IMG/VR virus record: IMGVR_UViG_3300045988_119718
Location: 32,001 to 96,000 of that record
Length of the DNA stretch: 64,000 nucleotides
Reading direction: 5' to 3' (one strand)
Source: a virus
Under the pieces are notes generated by a model. The model saw only the letters and a program-made list of their open reading frames with translations. It was not told the DNA's origin and searched no databases. The position numbers and the translations under genes are program-made. Shown here one piece after another: positions 20,840 to 30,116 of this stretch. Every line of letters starts with the position of its first letter. The first letter of the stretch is position 1.

Positions 20840-20974
20840 TTATTTGTTATCGTTCTTTTCTTCTTTTTTAGATTTACGATAAGCTTCCTGATCTTTCTCA
20901 TTAAGCTCATCCACACCAATACCTAAATCACCAACTTCAGTGATTACGGAAATCTTTTCATCATTTTCATTCAT
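20840..20974 (-). CDS. Small acidic protein (44 aa), hypothetical
   Basis: Short ORF with good RBS GAAAGGAAGTG. No TM segment, so not a holin. Confidence 0.3.
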   Translation of the reverse strand: MNENDEKISVITEVGDLGIGVDELNEKDQEAYRKSKKEEKNDNK

Positions 20975-21065
20975 GATATTTCACTTCCTTTCTAAAATTA
21001 ATAACTTGTTAAACTAAATTTCTAATTTAAAACTTCATAATTATAATATATAACTTAAGCTAGTA

Positions 21066-21833
21066 TTAACTTTCTCTTCTAACTTTATTATTATTTCTAA
21101 TATCAGAAGTATAAGGTAGCATATAACTATCCTTAATAGTAATAAGATTGCTCATAACACCTGCACCTAACAGATATACATTCAATGTATTTCTAGCAGT
21201 AGAGTCTGTTTTAGAAACTTCTACATCATTTAACGAAACCATATTCTTTTCAGCAATCGTAGAATAGAACTCATCCTTAGCTTTTACTGTATCTGCTCTA
21301 TAAGTAGCTAATTCTCTCATGGTATTAGATAAACCCATTACAGCAAGACATTCCATTTCTCTATCAGATGTATTACCATTCTTATCTTTATTGATTAATC
21401 TACCACTCTTCATATTTCTTTCATCAGTATTAATAGACATAGAGTTCTTTTTAGCTAAGAACTGCTTCATCTTCTTCAATGGAGCATAGACAACTAATGC
21501 TTCATAATTAGTCTTTACTGGCTTACCATCATTACTGGTATATATAAATGGTAAATATACTTTTTCCATCAAAGGTACATTTAAAGTTTTAGCCGCTTTT
21601 TCTATTTGATACATCTTTGGTTCAATATCAAACAATTTCATTTGAAACTTCAGTGGAAATTCTTGTTTAAAATATTCATAGAACTGTTTATCAGACATAG
21701 AAGCAAACTTCTTTTTATACCAAGAACTATTTGCATTGGATGGGTCTAATATATCCATAATCTTATAAATAAGATTCTCTACTTCTTTTCTAGCTTTTTT
21801 TATATTCTGTTGTGATTCTAATACAGCTTCCAT
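21066..21833 (-). CDS. Hypothetical protein (255 aa)
   Basis: ORF with balanced composition. No motif. Confidence 0.5.
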   Translation of the reverse strand: MEAVLESQQNIKKARKEVENLIYKIMDILDPSNANSSWYKKKFASMSDKQFYEYFKQEFPLKFQMKLFDIEPKMYQIEKAAKTLNVPLMEKVYLPFIYTSNDGKPVKTNYEALVVYAPLKKMKQFLAKKNSMSINTDERNMKSGRLINKDKNGNTSDREMECLAVMGLSNTMRELATYRADTVKAKDEFYSTIAEKNMVSLNDVEVSKTDSTARNTLNVYLLGAGVMSNLITIKDSYMLPYTSDIRNNNKVRRES

Positions 21834-22000
21834 ATTATCACCTCATAAAACGAATACCAATTATTTTTATGTTTTTAGAATTAAGATGCTCACTATTTTT
21901 AAAAAAATAATTACGATATAACAATATAGTGAAGACAAAAATATATTTACCCCAATCTCATTCTATGTCTTCACTTTCTTACAACTTCCCATAATAATAA

Positions 22001-22040
22001 GTATATAACATCTAGCTTATATAAGCTAGATGTTATATAC
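22001..22040. promoter_or_regulatory. Perfect 40-bp palindrome (GTATATAACATCTAGCTTAT|ATAAGCTAGATGTTATATAC) 32 nt upstream of the plus-strand HExxH gene
   Basis: Direct reading: each half is the exact reverse complement of the other. Lies in the divergent intergenic region between 21066..21833(-) and 22072..23166(+). Confidence 0.6.
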
Positions 22041-22071
22041 CGTTGATAACTTTTATGTAAGAGGTGATAAA

Positions 22072-23166
22072 ATGAAAACTTATAATGAAGCATATGTATT
22101 TAAAAAACCTAGAACGTTATTAACCATTGAAAATGAAATAAGAAAAATAAAAATTAAATGGGAAGATAAAATAGATCCAAAAACTGGATCTACTATAAAT
22201 AAAGAAGATAAACCAAAACTTATAAAAGATTTAAGATCATTATGTAAAATTACATATAGAGAATTAGTTAAAGAATTTAACTTTGGTAAAAAGTTTGATT
22301 TTCTTGTAGAAATAGATGATATTGTAAATGCTTGGTCTAGTGATTTTACTTATAAAAACATAGAGTTATCTAACTATAAAAATATTATAGAAATATCTCC
22401 TGATAAGAGAATGAGATTTAAAAATAGAGATATTTGTAATGCTACAGTAACTTTTACTACAGATATTATATTCAATAAAGAAATGAAAGCTGATTACTTA
22501 GTAGCTATTATGCTGCATGAAATAGGTCATATATTTAGTTTCTTATTCTTCAAATTAAATGCTGAATTAAATCTTTTGCAAAATATTTTATTTAATAAAT
22601 TGACTGATAAAGAACTTGTAGAGAAATATAATAATCTTAATAAAAAAGAACAAAGAAAAACTGATAACAAAGCAAATGCTTTAGGTGTATATTTTTTCGA
22701 TAATATGGATTCTCAAGAAGGTGAAAAGTTTGCAGATCACTTTGCGGCATATTATGGATATGGATATGAACTAGCTCAAGGCTTAGCTTTATTCTTTAAA
22801 ATTAATGGGTATATGAAACCAGAAGGGGTATTAAACACATTAACTTTCGATTTAAATTTAGTTTTAACTGATTTATTGGTAAACAACTATCCTAATACTT
22901 TTAATAGATTAAACTATATTCTTAACGCTATGAAGAGAGAATTAAAATACAACAAATCTCTTACCAAAAAACAAAAACAAGAATTATTAGAAAAAATAAA
23001 TAATATCAATAAGCTTAATGCTGAGTTGTATAATACTAAACATTCTAGAACTCCATATGGATTATTACGCAATGTAATATATTCAAATAAAGTAGGTCAA
23101 ACTAAAGACTTAGATAATAGATACAATCAGTTATTAGATGATTATGTAGATAAGAAATTGTTTTAA
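22072..23166 (+). CDS. HExxH zinc-metallopeptidase-like protein (364 aa)
   Basis: Motif AIMLHEIGHIFSF. Start at MKTYNEAY with RBS TAAGAGGTGATAAA. Lone plus-strand gene in a minus-strand block. Confidence 0.55.
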   Translation: MKTYNEAYVFKKPRTLLTIENEIRKIKIKWEDKIDPKTGSTINKEDKPKLIKDLRSLCKITYRELVKEFNFGKKFDFLVEIDDIVNAWSSDFTYKNIELSNYKNIIEISPDKRMRFKNRDICNATVTFTTDIIFNKEMKADYLVAIMLHEIGHIFSFLFFKLNAELNLLQNILFNKLTDKELVEKYNNLNKKEQRKTDNKANALGVYFFDNMDSQEGEKFADHFAAYYGYGYELAQGLALFFKINGYMKPEGVLNTLTFDLNLVLTDLLVNNYPNTFNRLNYILNAMKRELKYNKSLTKKQKQELLEKINNINKLNAELYNTKHSRTPYGLLRNVIYSNKVGQTKDLDNRYNQLLDDYVDKKLF

Positions 23167-23180
23167 ATAAAAAAAAGAAA

Positions 23181-23232
23181 GGTTAGCAAATGAGACTAAC
23201 CGTAACTAGCTAATGAGACTAGTTTACTTTTT
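23181..23232 (+). terminator. Tandem-hairpin rho-independent terminator
   Basis: ggttagcaaatgagactaacc and actagctaatgagactagt followed by ttacttttt. Confidence 0.6.
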
Positions 23233-23323
23233 CTTCGGAATTTTGTGCTTACTATGTCCTTATGCATTCAGACAAAAGAATGCATTTGACTCTTCGGCAC
23301 CCGTAGTAGCTCACCATGAGTGA

Positions 23324-23539
23324 TCATACATCATGATCGTTCATGGTGTTCAGTGCAGCCACATACATGACTACATTAGCCATGTAGTCATGTGCATGTT
23401 CGAGGTCGATGAAGGAACCATCGTTAGCCTCGAGCTGAGCCAAAATGCTATTAAGGCTACTAATAGCACATTTGGTTTCGCACTTAGCTATCTTGAGATT
23501 TTTGAGTTTCAGCTTCTCAAGATCTACGGAGTTTGCCAT
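23324..23539 (-). CDS. Hypothetical small protein (~71 aa)
   Basis: Start moved to MANSVDLEK with RBS AAAGGAGGTGACTATAAT. Region G+C-richer than surroundings. Confidence 0.45.
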   Translation of the reverse strand: MANSVDLEKLKLKNLKIAKCETKCAISSLNSILAQLEANDGSFIDLEHAHDYMANVVMYVAALNTMNDHDV

Positions 23540-23624
23540 ATTATAGTCACCTCCTTTTCTAATAAAATACAACTATGAATATGGATTCACTATAATATTA
23601 TATAAGTATAGAAATATAATATTA

Positions 23625-23672
23625 CAAAATTTAGAGACTGGTATATACCAGTCTCTAAATCATTTTTATTTA
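23625..23672. terminator. Bidirectional terminator (14-bp perfect stem tttagagactggtatataccagtctctaaa)
   Basis: Perfect palindrome flanked by T-runs on both strands. Confidence 0.65.
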
Positions 23673-24844
23673 TTAGCCTGATAGATTGACATTGCTAAGT
23701 ACATTAATAATGCTTTATTATAATTATTTCTAGTTGCTAATCTGTGTTTTCTCTTTCTGTATAATACAGAACCAGTATTAAGCCAATTATCTATGATACT
23801 CTTTAATTCTAACACATGCTCATCTTTAGTATTAGGTTTAGGTGTAATACTATAGGTAATAAAATTCATAGTAAGTATATTTTTATCTTTAGACTGTTCA
23901 AAGTATGTATATACTAAAATACTTATAGCTTTACGAACTAATATCATATTATTCTTATCATTCAGTATAGATTCTATAATAGACTTTAGTTCCTCAGTCT
24001 TTACTGTAGTATTAGATGATAATTTACATAGCTTATAATCAGCACCACTAGCTACTATGAAAGACATAGTTCTTTGTATTACTTTCTCTGCTTTAAATGA
24101 ATCTGAAGATGCTAAATGATAATCGCCACCATTATTCTTAGGATCTTCATTATCAGAGTTATAGACAATGTAGTCTTTATTCTCATATGCTTTATAATAT
24201 GCTTTAGCTATATTAATCATAAAGCTTCTAATTCTAGAGTGTAATTGCCCTATAAGATATACTACATCTTCATCTGAATAACTAATAAATCTTTTCTCAT
24301 AAGTTTTAACCCAAGTTTGGCAAATACTCATTATAGCTGCAAATAGATTACCTTTAGATTTTAATACGAATTTATTATTCAGCATATTATTGATTACATA
24401 TTCCATTACGAAGTCTTGTGGTACTACTTTAGGGAAAGACATATAATGGATACTAGGATAGAATTTACCTGAGAATGCTAAATAGATCATAGATATATCT
24501 AATGATTTATTATCTTTCTTTAATAAGAAATATCTAATTATAGTCAGCATTAATACAGTTAATTCATCTTTAGCTGCTCTAGGGTTAAAGTTAGCTTGAG
24601 GCCCATAATAGGTATTAGATATAGCATCTTTAACTACTTTCTTTTCTATATTCACAGCTTCAAACATTTTAGTTATATCTGATTCTCTATAATATAATCT
24701 GTCTAATGGAGCAGTTTTAAATAATTCTTCATGCCTATCTGTAATAAAAGTTGATAAACAGGTTTTATATTGTGATAATCGTTTAGGCAATATGCTCTCT
24801 ATTTTAGTATAAACATTATCTTTTATAGATGATTTGTTAGCCAT
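23666..24844 (-). CDS. Hypothetical protein (392 aa)
   Basis: ORF with TATAAT-like element and RBS AAAGGAGCG upstream. Confidence 0.5.
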   Translation of the reverse strand: MANKSSIKDNVYTKIESILPKRLSQYKTCLSTFITDRHEELFKTAPLDRLYYRESDITKMFEAVNIEKKVVKDAISNTYYGPQANFNPRAAKDELTVLMLTIIRYFLLKKDNKSLDISMIYLAFSGKFYPSIHYMSFPKVVPQDFVMEYVINNMLNNKFVLKSKGNLFAAIMSICQTWVKTYEKRFISYSDEDVVYLIGQLHSRIRSFMINIAKAYYKAYENKDYIVYNSDNEDPKNNGGDYHLASSDSFKAEKVIQRTMSFIVASGADYKLCKLSSNTTVKTEELKSIIESILNDKNNMILVRKAISILVYTYFEQSKDKNILTMNFITYSITPKPNTKDEHVLELKSIIDNWLNTGSVLYRKRKHRLATRNNYNKALLMYLAMSIYQANK

Positions 24845-24879
24845 AGTACGCTCCTTTCTATATTATAATAAAGTTAAAA

Positions 24880-24930
24880 AATAACAAAAAATAAAGATGG
24901 TCATAGGGCCATCTTTATTTTGTTTTCTAT
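24880..24930. terminator. Bidirectional hairpin terminator
   Basis: aaagatggtcatagggccatcttt with A-run upstream and T-rich downstream. Confidence 0.6.
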
Positions 24931-24938
24931 GCTATTCT

Positions 24939-25232
24939 TTAGTGTCTAGCGATAGCATAGAAAAGTTCATTCACTTCCTCTGTTGGAAGTTTTTCCTCAG
25001 AGCTTCTTACGACATATTTGCCATCAGCTTCATATGCCGAATATACAATTCTCATCAAAGTGCTTTTAGAATTGTTCTTAAGCACCTTGAATCTGAAGTT
25101 ACTGCTAGAAGAATTTTTCTTCTTGCTTTCAACTTCAATTTCCGCATCAACGATGCGGACTCTGGAAGACATTTTCTTCATCTCAGAAAGAATGAAGTTT
25201 CTAATTAAAATAATTTTGCTGTTGTTAATCAT
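24939..25232 (-). CDS. Hypothetical protein (97 aa)
   Basis: RBS AAGGAGGAAACAATC before ATG. The antisense plus-strand ORF 24897..25208 is rejected. Confidence 0.5.
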   Translation of the reverse strand: MINNSKIILIRNFILSEMKKMSSRVRIVDAEIEVESKKKNSSSSNFRFKVLKNNSKSTLMRIVYSAYEADGKYVVRSSEEKLPTEEVNELFYAIARH

Positions 25233-25287
25233 GATTGTTTCCTCCTTTAAGGAAAATAGTCTAGCAATGTGTTAGACTATATAACAG

Positions 25288-25322
25288 AATAAAAATAGAA
25301 GACCGAGATAACTCGGTCTTCA
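25288..25322 (-). terminator. Rho-independent terminator
   Basis: gaagaccgagataactcggtcttc followed by a T-run on the minus strand. Confidence 0.65.
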
Positions 25323-25334
25323 TATTAACAAACT

Positions 25335-25694
25335 TTAGTACAAAACTGCACGAATGCCAGAGATTTCTCTAGCATATGCAAAGAGTTCGTGGACATGTTT
25401 ACGGTGCAAAGCGACATTTTTTTCTTTAGTCACTTTAACACCATTGCTCATTGTGGTGTGTTCACAATGAATCACATCCTGACCGACAAACTTATAATCG
25501 TTGCCAATCCACTGGATGCAGTATGATTGCATCCAGTCACTGATGATGATATACTGCTTATTGCAGCTTTCATCAGTGACGTACAGAGTAGCCTCATCGC
25601 TAAGGTTACCAATAAAATTCTTGAACAAGTCAAGAATCGACTGACTGTCTTTTTCAGACAATGCAGCTCTATTGCTTGCAATAATTTCAACCAT
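25335..25694 (-). CDS. Hypothetical protein (~119 aa), G+C-rich moron
   Basis: Start moved to MVEIIASNRA with RBS GAAAGGAAG. Clearly higher G+C than the flanks. Confidence 0.45.
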   Translation of the reverse strand: MVEIIASNRAALSEKDSQSILDLFKNFIGNLSDEATLYVTDESCNKQYIIISDWMQSYCIQWIGNDYKFVGQDVIHCEHTTMSNGVKVTKEKNVALHRKHVHELFAYAREISGIRAVLY

Positions 25695-25774
25695 GATAAT
25701 CTTCCTTTCTGAATACAAACAACTGGTAAAGTAATATTGCTTTACCTTCATATAAGTTTACTTTCTCACTATTA

Positions 25775-25810
25775 CAAAAAATAAAGGATCGTGAATACCA
25801 CGATCCTTTA
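25775..25810 (-). terminator. Rho-independent terminator
   Basis: aaaggatcgtgaataccacgatccttt plus a T-run on the minus strand. Confidence 0.65.
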
Positions 25811-25847
25811 TCATTAACCAAAGATTGGTTTCTGTAATAAAATCTTC

Positions 25848-26251
25848 TTATTTTTTAATGATGGATGCTAAACATGCAATTCTTTCAGCATGAGTAAAGA
25901 GTGCCTTAGCACAGTCACATGGCATTACACAAACTGTAGATTTCTCTGCTGTACCTGCTCCTTCTTTAGTGTGGTAATGAGTTGTAAATTTAATGTAGGC
26001 ATTATGATCTGATGATTCATCAACAAAACCATAGTTTTTCCATTCAATGATATGATATGTATCAGATTTAGCGAAAAAAGATGTTTTAGTTGCATCATCA
26101 TTATCGTAACCATCGTAGATTTTGATGAGTTTGTTGCCTGTATCATGTTTAATGACAATTTTAGCATGTTTGGTAGAAATACTATTCAGGTAATCATTGA
26201 TGATATCGAAATACTTTTCACCATTTTTTCAATACATGTTTTGTTTTTCAT
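25848..26251 (-). pseudogene. Frameshifted gene (~135-aa Cys/His-motif protein) interrupted at an A6 homopolymer
   Basis: ATG at 26251 with RBS GAAAGGAAG gives MKNKTCIEK... and stops after 21 codons. The adjacent frame continues ...NGEKYFDIINDYLNSISTKHAKIVIKHD...CVMPCDCAKALFTHAERIACLASIIKK* to 25848. Inserting one A into the A6 run (plus-strand T6 at 26224..26229) fuses the two frames. Confidence 0.55.
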
Positions 26252-26523
26252 AATAAAACTTCCTTTCTGCTCTATTATAAGAGCAACTCATAATATATTA
26301 ATAAGACTAATGCCTTATCATAGATATAATATATATATGATTTTTATATTACTTTTTATCAATCTCTGGTCAATAAAAAGTAACATTAAAGTAAGCAATG
26401 TATATTTATATAACGGTGGTGGATATATATTGCTTCATAGATAACGATTAAGGTGCGGATTGTCTATCTATGGCACTGTTGTTGAATTCATCTTTCGGTG
26501 CGATTTTTTTCATGTTACTTCTC

Positions 26524-26578
26524 CTAAAAATAACGGTATATACCCCTAGGCGATAGGACACGCCTAGGGGTATATACT
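26524..26578 (-). terminator. Strong rho-independent terminator (17-bp G+C-rich perfect stem)
   Basis: gtatatacccctaggcg-ataggaca-cgcctaggggtatatac followed by ttattttt on the minus strand, after the topoisomerase medium subunit. Confidence 0.8.
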
Positions 26579-26585
26579 GCCGTAA

Positions 26586-28985
26586 TTATTCCGTTACTGG
26601 AATAATACTTACAATACCTGAACTATCAATAAGCTTATCTCCACTACTAATGGATGAACTATCTTTCAATTCATTAATATTAATAATCTTACTTCCTCTG
26701 TTTGTAATGATATTAAAGCTATCATTATCCTTACAAACTAAGATATTATAAATACCATCATTCTTTCCTAACTTAATCACACTATTACCAGACTTACCTC
26801 TGGAAGATAATGGAATAATATTAAGTGGAACTTTATTTACTCTACCAGAATTTGTAATAGCTACTACATATTTAGAATCTGGAGTAATGCATGTAAACCC
26901 ATCTATTGGATATTTGCTTCTCATAGCTACATTACCCTTAGTACTTCTATTAAGTAATGGAGCTTCCATACCAGACATACGTAATACCTTATTCTTAGAA
27001 TAAATGATAAGTTCATTCATAGGATTCATAAGAATGATATCAGTAATATAGTCCCCTTCATTAAGTTTAGCATACATTAATCCAGATACAGTTACATTCA
27101 TAACTTCACTAATATCCATACGTTTAAATAAGCCATCTTTGGTTAAAATGAAAATATCACATTCAATACCATCTTTCTCAAAGATAGACTTAATATTTTG
27201 AATACCAGATTCTGGAATTAATGTAGAAATACCTTCACCTACATATTTTTTTACTACCATTCTTAAATCTAATCCATTAGAACCAGGTTTAGAGAATGGA
27301 ATCTTATGTACTGGAAGTTTATATACTTTTGCTAATCTACTAAATAGAAGAATACTATCTTTATTATCTACTACAATAGAGAAATCAATCTTATCATTCT
27401 TAATAGAAGATTTATCATTCATATCCATCTTCTTAATGAAACCTTTTTCTGTAAGAACTACTTTAAAAGTTCCTTCGGGAATATTTTCTGCTTCATTAAT
27501 AGAAATAATTCTAGATCTTCTAGGACAACCATACTTCTTCTTAGCATCAATAAGTTCTTGCTTAATGATACTATCAATCTTCTCTACATGAAGACAATAA
27601 TCATAGTATCTATTAATATCTTCTTGCAGTTGCTGGTGCTCTGCTCTATAAGAATTCAGATACCCCAAACTGAGTCTCTTAATATTGGTATTTAATAAGA
27701 ACTTAGCCTGATTTGGTTTTACACCTTTGACTGTTCTCATAATGAATTCAATAAGTTCAGATTCGTCAGAGGATTTCTGCTTTCTAATCTTCTTTACGAT
27801 TTCATCAATCTTACCAGATTCAATTACTCTAATATACAAATCCAGTACATCCATTCTAGTTCTACATTCTTTAAGTTTATTAGAGAACAATCTTCCTTTA
27901 CGTTCTCTTCTAAAGTTAATGAAGTTCAATAAGTACTGTTTGTAATTCCAGCTTACAGGCATATTCTTATATAGAACTTCAAAATTAAGAGATGTAGTTT
28001 TCTCCAAAGAAGTAGTTGCATACAGAACTTGTTTTACAAAGTTTGGATCTGCACCTTTCTTTAAAGAAATAATAACTTGGAATACTTGTTCTGGATTCTT
28101 AGATTTTAAATCTGGAATCTTAGAGTTATTTAAGATATCTACTACCTGTGGAAGCTGATTAGCTTCTTTAAGTTTTTCAATCTTATCTCTAATAGATTCA
28201 AAGAATACCATAGATGGTAAAGTATTAATAAACAACGCTGGTCTATGATGAAATTCACCAATCTCAATCTTAGCCCTAGTTTTAAATTTACCTTTACCAG
28301 TCTTAGACATAGTTACCCAATCAGTATCAATAATATCAGAACCCTGAGGGTCATCTGGAATTAATATTACATCCGAATTTGGATGGTCAATCAAATGAAG
28401 TGTTGCATCAATAACTTCATTAATATTGAACTTAGGAATTTCTGTCTTTAATCCTACCGCAATACCAAAAGTACCATTAATGAGAAGATTAGGAATAGTA
28501 GCTGGTAAAAACATTGGTTCTTTATAATTACCATCATAGTTATCTTCCCAATCAGTAGATGCATAAGTTTCTTTCATATCACCAATTACACAATCTACTG
28601 CATATTTAGATAATGCTACTTCAGTATAACGTGGAGCCGCTGGCCCATCCCCCCAGATATTACCAAATGACCCCTGAGGATTAATCAACGGAACATAGCT
28701 TTCAAACCAATTTGCCATAGGTTTAATTGCCATTGCAACAGAAGTATCACCATGTGGGTGATACTTTTCAATTACTTTACCAGTAACTGATGCAGTCTTA
28801 ACGGTTTTCCCTTTAGCAGTTTGAGGGAAATCATTATAGAGTGCAAATATAATCTTTCTTTGTACAGGTTTTAATCCATCTTCACATGCTGGCAGCATAC
28901 GTTTTCTAGCTACATATACTGCATATGCTGTTAAGTCTTCATTAGTCTGCTTAACAATATTTTCTTCAATAATTTTTTCAGACAT
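26586..28985 (-). CDS. Type II DNA topoisomerase, GyrA-like subunit (T4 gp52-like)
   Basis: N-terminal YAVYVARKRMLPACEDGLKPVQRKI. Catalytic-tyrosine motif AAPRYTEV. HPHGD motif. 799 aa. Confidence 0.8.
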   Translation of the reverse strand: MSEKIIEENIVKQTNEDLTAYAVYVARKRMLPACEDGLKPVQRKIIFALYNDFPQTAKGKTVKTASVTGKVIEKYHPHGDTSVAMAIKPMANWFESYVPLINPQGSFGNIWGDGPAAPRYTEVALSKYAVDCVIGDMKETYASTDWEDNYDGNYKEPMFLPATIPNLLINGTFGIAVGLKTEIPKFNINEVIDATLHLIDHPNSDVILIPDDPQGSDIIDTDWVTMSKTGKGKFKTRAKIEIGEFHHRPALFINTLPSMVFFESIRDKIEKLKEANQLPQVVDILNNSKIPDLKSKNPEQVFQVIISLKKGADPNFVKQVLYATTSLEKTTSLNFEVLYKNMPVSWNYKQYLLNFINFRRERKGRLFSNKLKECRTRMDVLDLYIRVIESGKIDEIVKKIRKQKSSDESELIEFIMRTVKGVKPNQAKFLLNTNIKRLSLGYLNSYRAEHQQLQEDINRYYDYCLHVEKIDSIIKQELIDAKKKYGCPRRSRIISINEAENIPEGTFKVVLTEKGFIKKMDMNDKSSIKNDKIDFSIVVDNKDSILLFSRLAKVYKLPVHKIPFSKPGSNGLDLRMVVKKYVGEGISTLIPESGIQNIKSIFEKDGIECDIFILTKDGLFKRMDISEVMNVTVSGLMYAKLNEGDYITDIILMNPMNELIIYSKNKVLRMSGMEAPLLNRSTKGNVAMRSKYPIDGFTCITPDSKYVVAITNSGRVNKVPLNIIPLSSRGKSGNSVIKLGKNDGIYNILVCKDNDSFNIITNRGSKIININELKDSSSISSGDKLIDSSGIVSIIPVTE

Positions 28986-29132
28986 TTTATAACCTCCCTT
29001 AATAATTAATGAGATGTCGTCATATATATAATATCTAACTTATTTAATATTTATTGAAGAACTATATAGTATGGAGGTAAAAAAGAAAAGTGGTAGTTCA
29101 CCTTTCTTTATAATATAATTTATGAAATAAAC

Positions 29133-29393
29133 TTATTGTTTATAGTCACAAATTCTACATGGCATAGATATAATATCTGCTGGGGTAGCATTGACATCTA
29201 ATACCATGAATGCATAATCATTATTAGAATTTTTATTTTTATCAATAAAAATTTTTCTAATTTGATCCATACTAAGTAACTTGCTATTAATTTTAAAACT
29301 TTTAACAAGTTTATAGTATTTCTCTTTAGCATTATATTTAAATTCGGCAAGACGCTTATCGCAATCCTGCTCAAAAATAATATTATTAAGCAT
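29133..29393 (-). CDS. Small paralog 3 of a tandem family (86 aa; ...NDYAFMVLDV...RICDYKQ)
   Basis: Shares the ND(F/Y)A(F/Y)S/M.L...RICDR C-terminal block with ORFs 29733..30008 and 30190..30465. RBS ATGGAGGTGAAT. Confidence 0.55.
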   Translation of the reverse strand: MLNNIIFEQDCDKRLAEFKYNAKEKYYKLVKSFKINSKLLSMDQIRKIFIDKNKNSNNDYAFMVLDVNATPADIISMPCRICDYKQ

Positions 29394-29494
29394 GCATATT
29401 CACCTCCATTATGATAGTCTTATCTAAATCTACTAGATAGGGCTAGATTAAATATAAACCTAAAGATTCATATTCATAGGTATAATATACAATT

Positions 29495-29530
29495 TAAAAA
29501 ATACTCCATACCAATATTGGTATGGAGTAT
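29495..29530 (-). terminator. Rho-independent terminator (13-bp perfect palindrome + T6)
   Basis: atactccataccaatattggtatggagtat flanked by an A6 run on the plus strand, which is a T-run on the minus strand. Confidence 0.7.
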
Positions 29531-29732
29531 AATAAAAAAAAATAAAAGCTTAAGAAGCAAAAGACTAAACTCGACTTGTTTAATCTATACTTCTTAAGCA
29601 ATAGCAAATGAATAGGTATTAATGTTTAGCAATTAAAGTAGCACAAAAATATTTTGATTGATTAAGAAAATAACTGTAAAGCTAAACTACCTATTCATAT
29701 AAATAATATATAATTATTAATTTTATTATCCA

Positions 29733-30008
29733 TCAACACAATAGTGAGGGATTTAGATTATACTGCTTTCGTTTTGCACGATCACATATTCGCATGCCTG
29801 TATAAATTTCTTGGCATGGCTTATCCGTCACATTGAGTATAGAATATGCAAAGTCATTATTAAATGATTTATTCATTCTAATAAAGCTGTCTTTTATGGA
29901 TTTCATATTCTCTTTTGACGGATTAATGATATACTCGTCAATAAAATGATAGCACTCGTCTTTATCATTGTAAACAAATCTAACGAGTTTTTTAAGATGA
30001 TTATTCAT
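29733..30008 (-). CDS. Small paralog 2 of tandem family (91 aa)
   Basis: Paralogous to neighbours (YHFIDEYI...NDFAYSILNV...RICDRAKRK). RBS GATAGGAGGAATTC. 5'-UTR hairpin upstream. Confidence 0.55.
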   Translation of the reverse strand: MNNHLKKLVRFVYNDKDECYHFIDEYIINPSKENMKSIKDSFIRMNKSFNNDFAYSILNVTDKPCQEIYTGMRICDRAKRKQYNLNPSLLC

Positions 30009-30026
30009 AATTGAATTCCTCCTATC

Positions 30027-30058
30027 ATCCTTCCAATAGTTGCCTCTATTGGAAGGAT
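30027..30058 (-). promoter_or_regulatory. 5'-UTR hairpin (11-bp perfect stem) abutting the RBS of paralog 2
   Basis: atccttccaatagttgcctctattggaaggat on the plus strand. On the minus strand it ends 3 nt before GATAGGAGG. Confidence 0.45.
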
Positions 30059-30116
30059 AAATAAAAATATTTTAATGGATTAATTATCCATAGTTATAAT
30101 ATATAATTTAAACAAT

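Noticed and set aside
20840-20974. Holin upstream of the glucosaminidase lysin
   Set aside because: The only small ORF adjacent (44 aa) is acidic with no hydrophobic segment, so it is not called a holin.
24897-25275. Plus-strand ORFs 24897..25208 and 25018..25275
   Set aside because: Antisense to ORF 24939..25232, which has a canonical RBS and a balanced amino-acid composition. The plus-strand translations are Leu/Phe-rich.
25472-26444. ORFs 25472..25690(-), 25527..25712(+), 25925..26167(-), 26052..26444(+)
   Set aside because: Alternate frames of the two G+C-rich moron genes. The coding frames are identified by RBS plus coherent protein sequence (MVEIIASNRA... and the frameshifted Cys/His protein).
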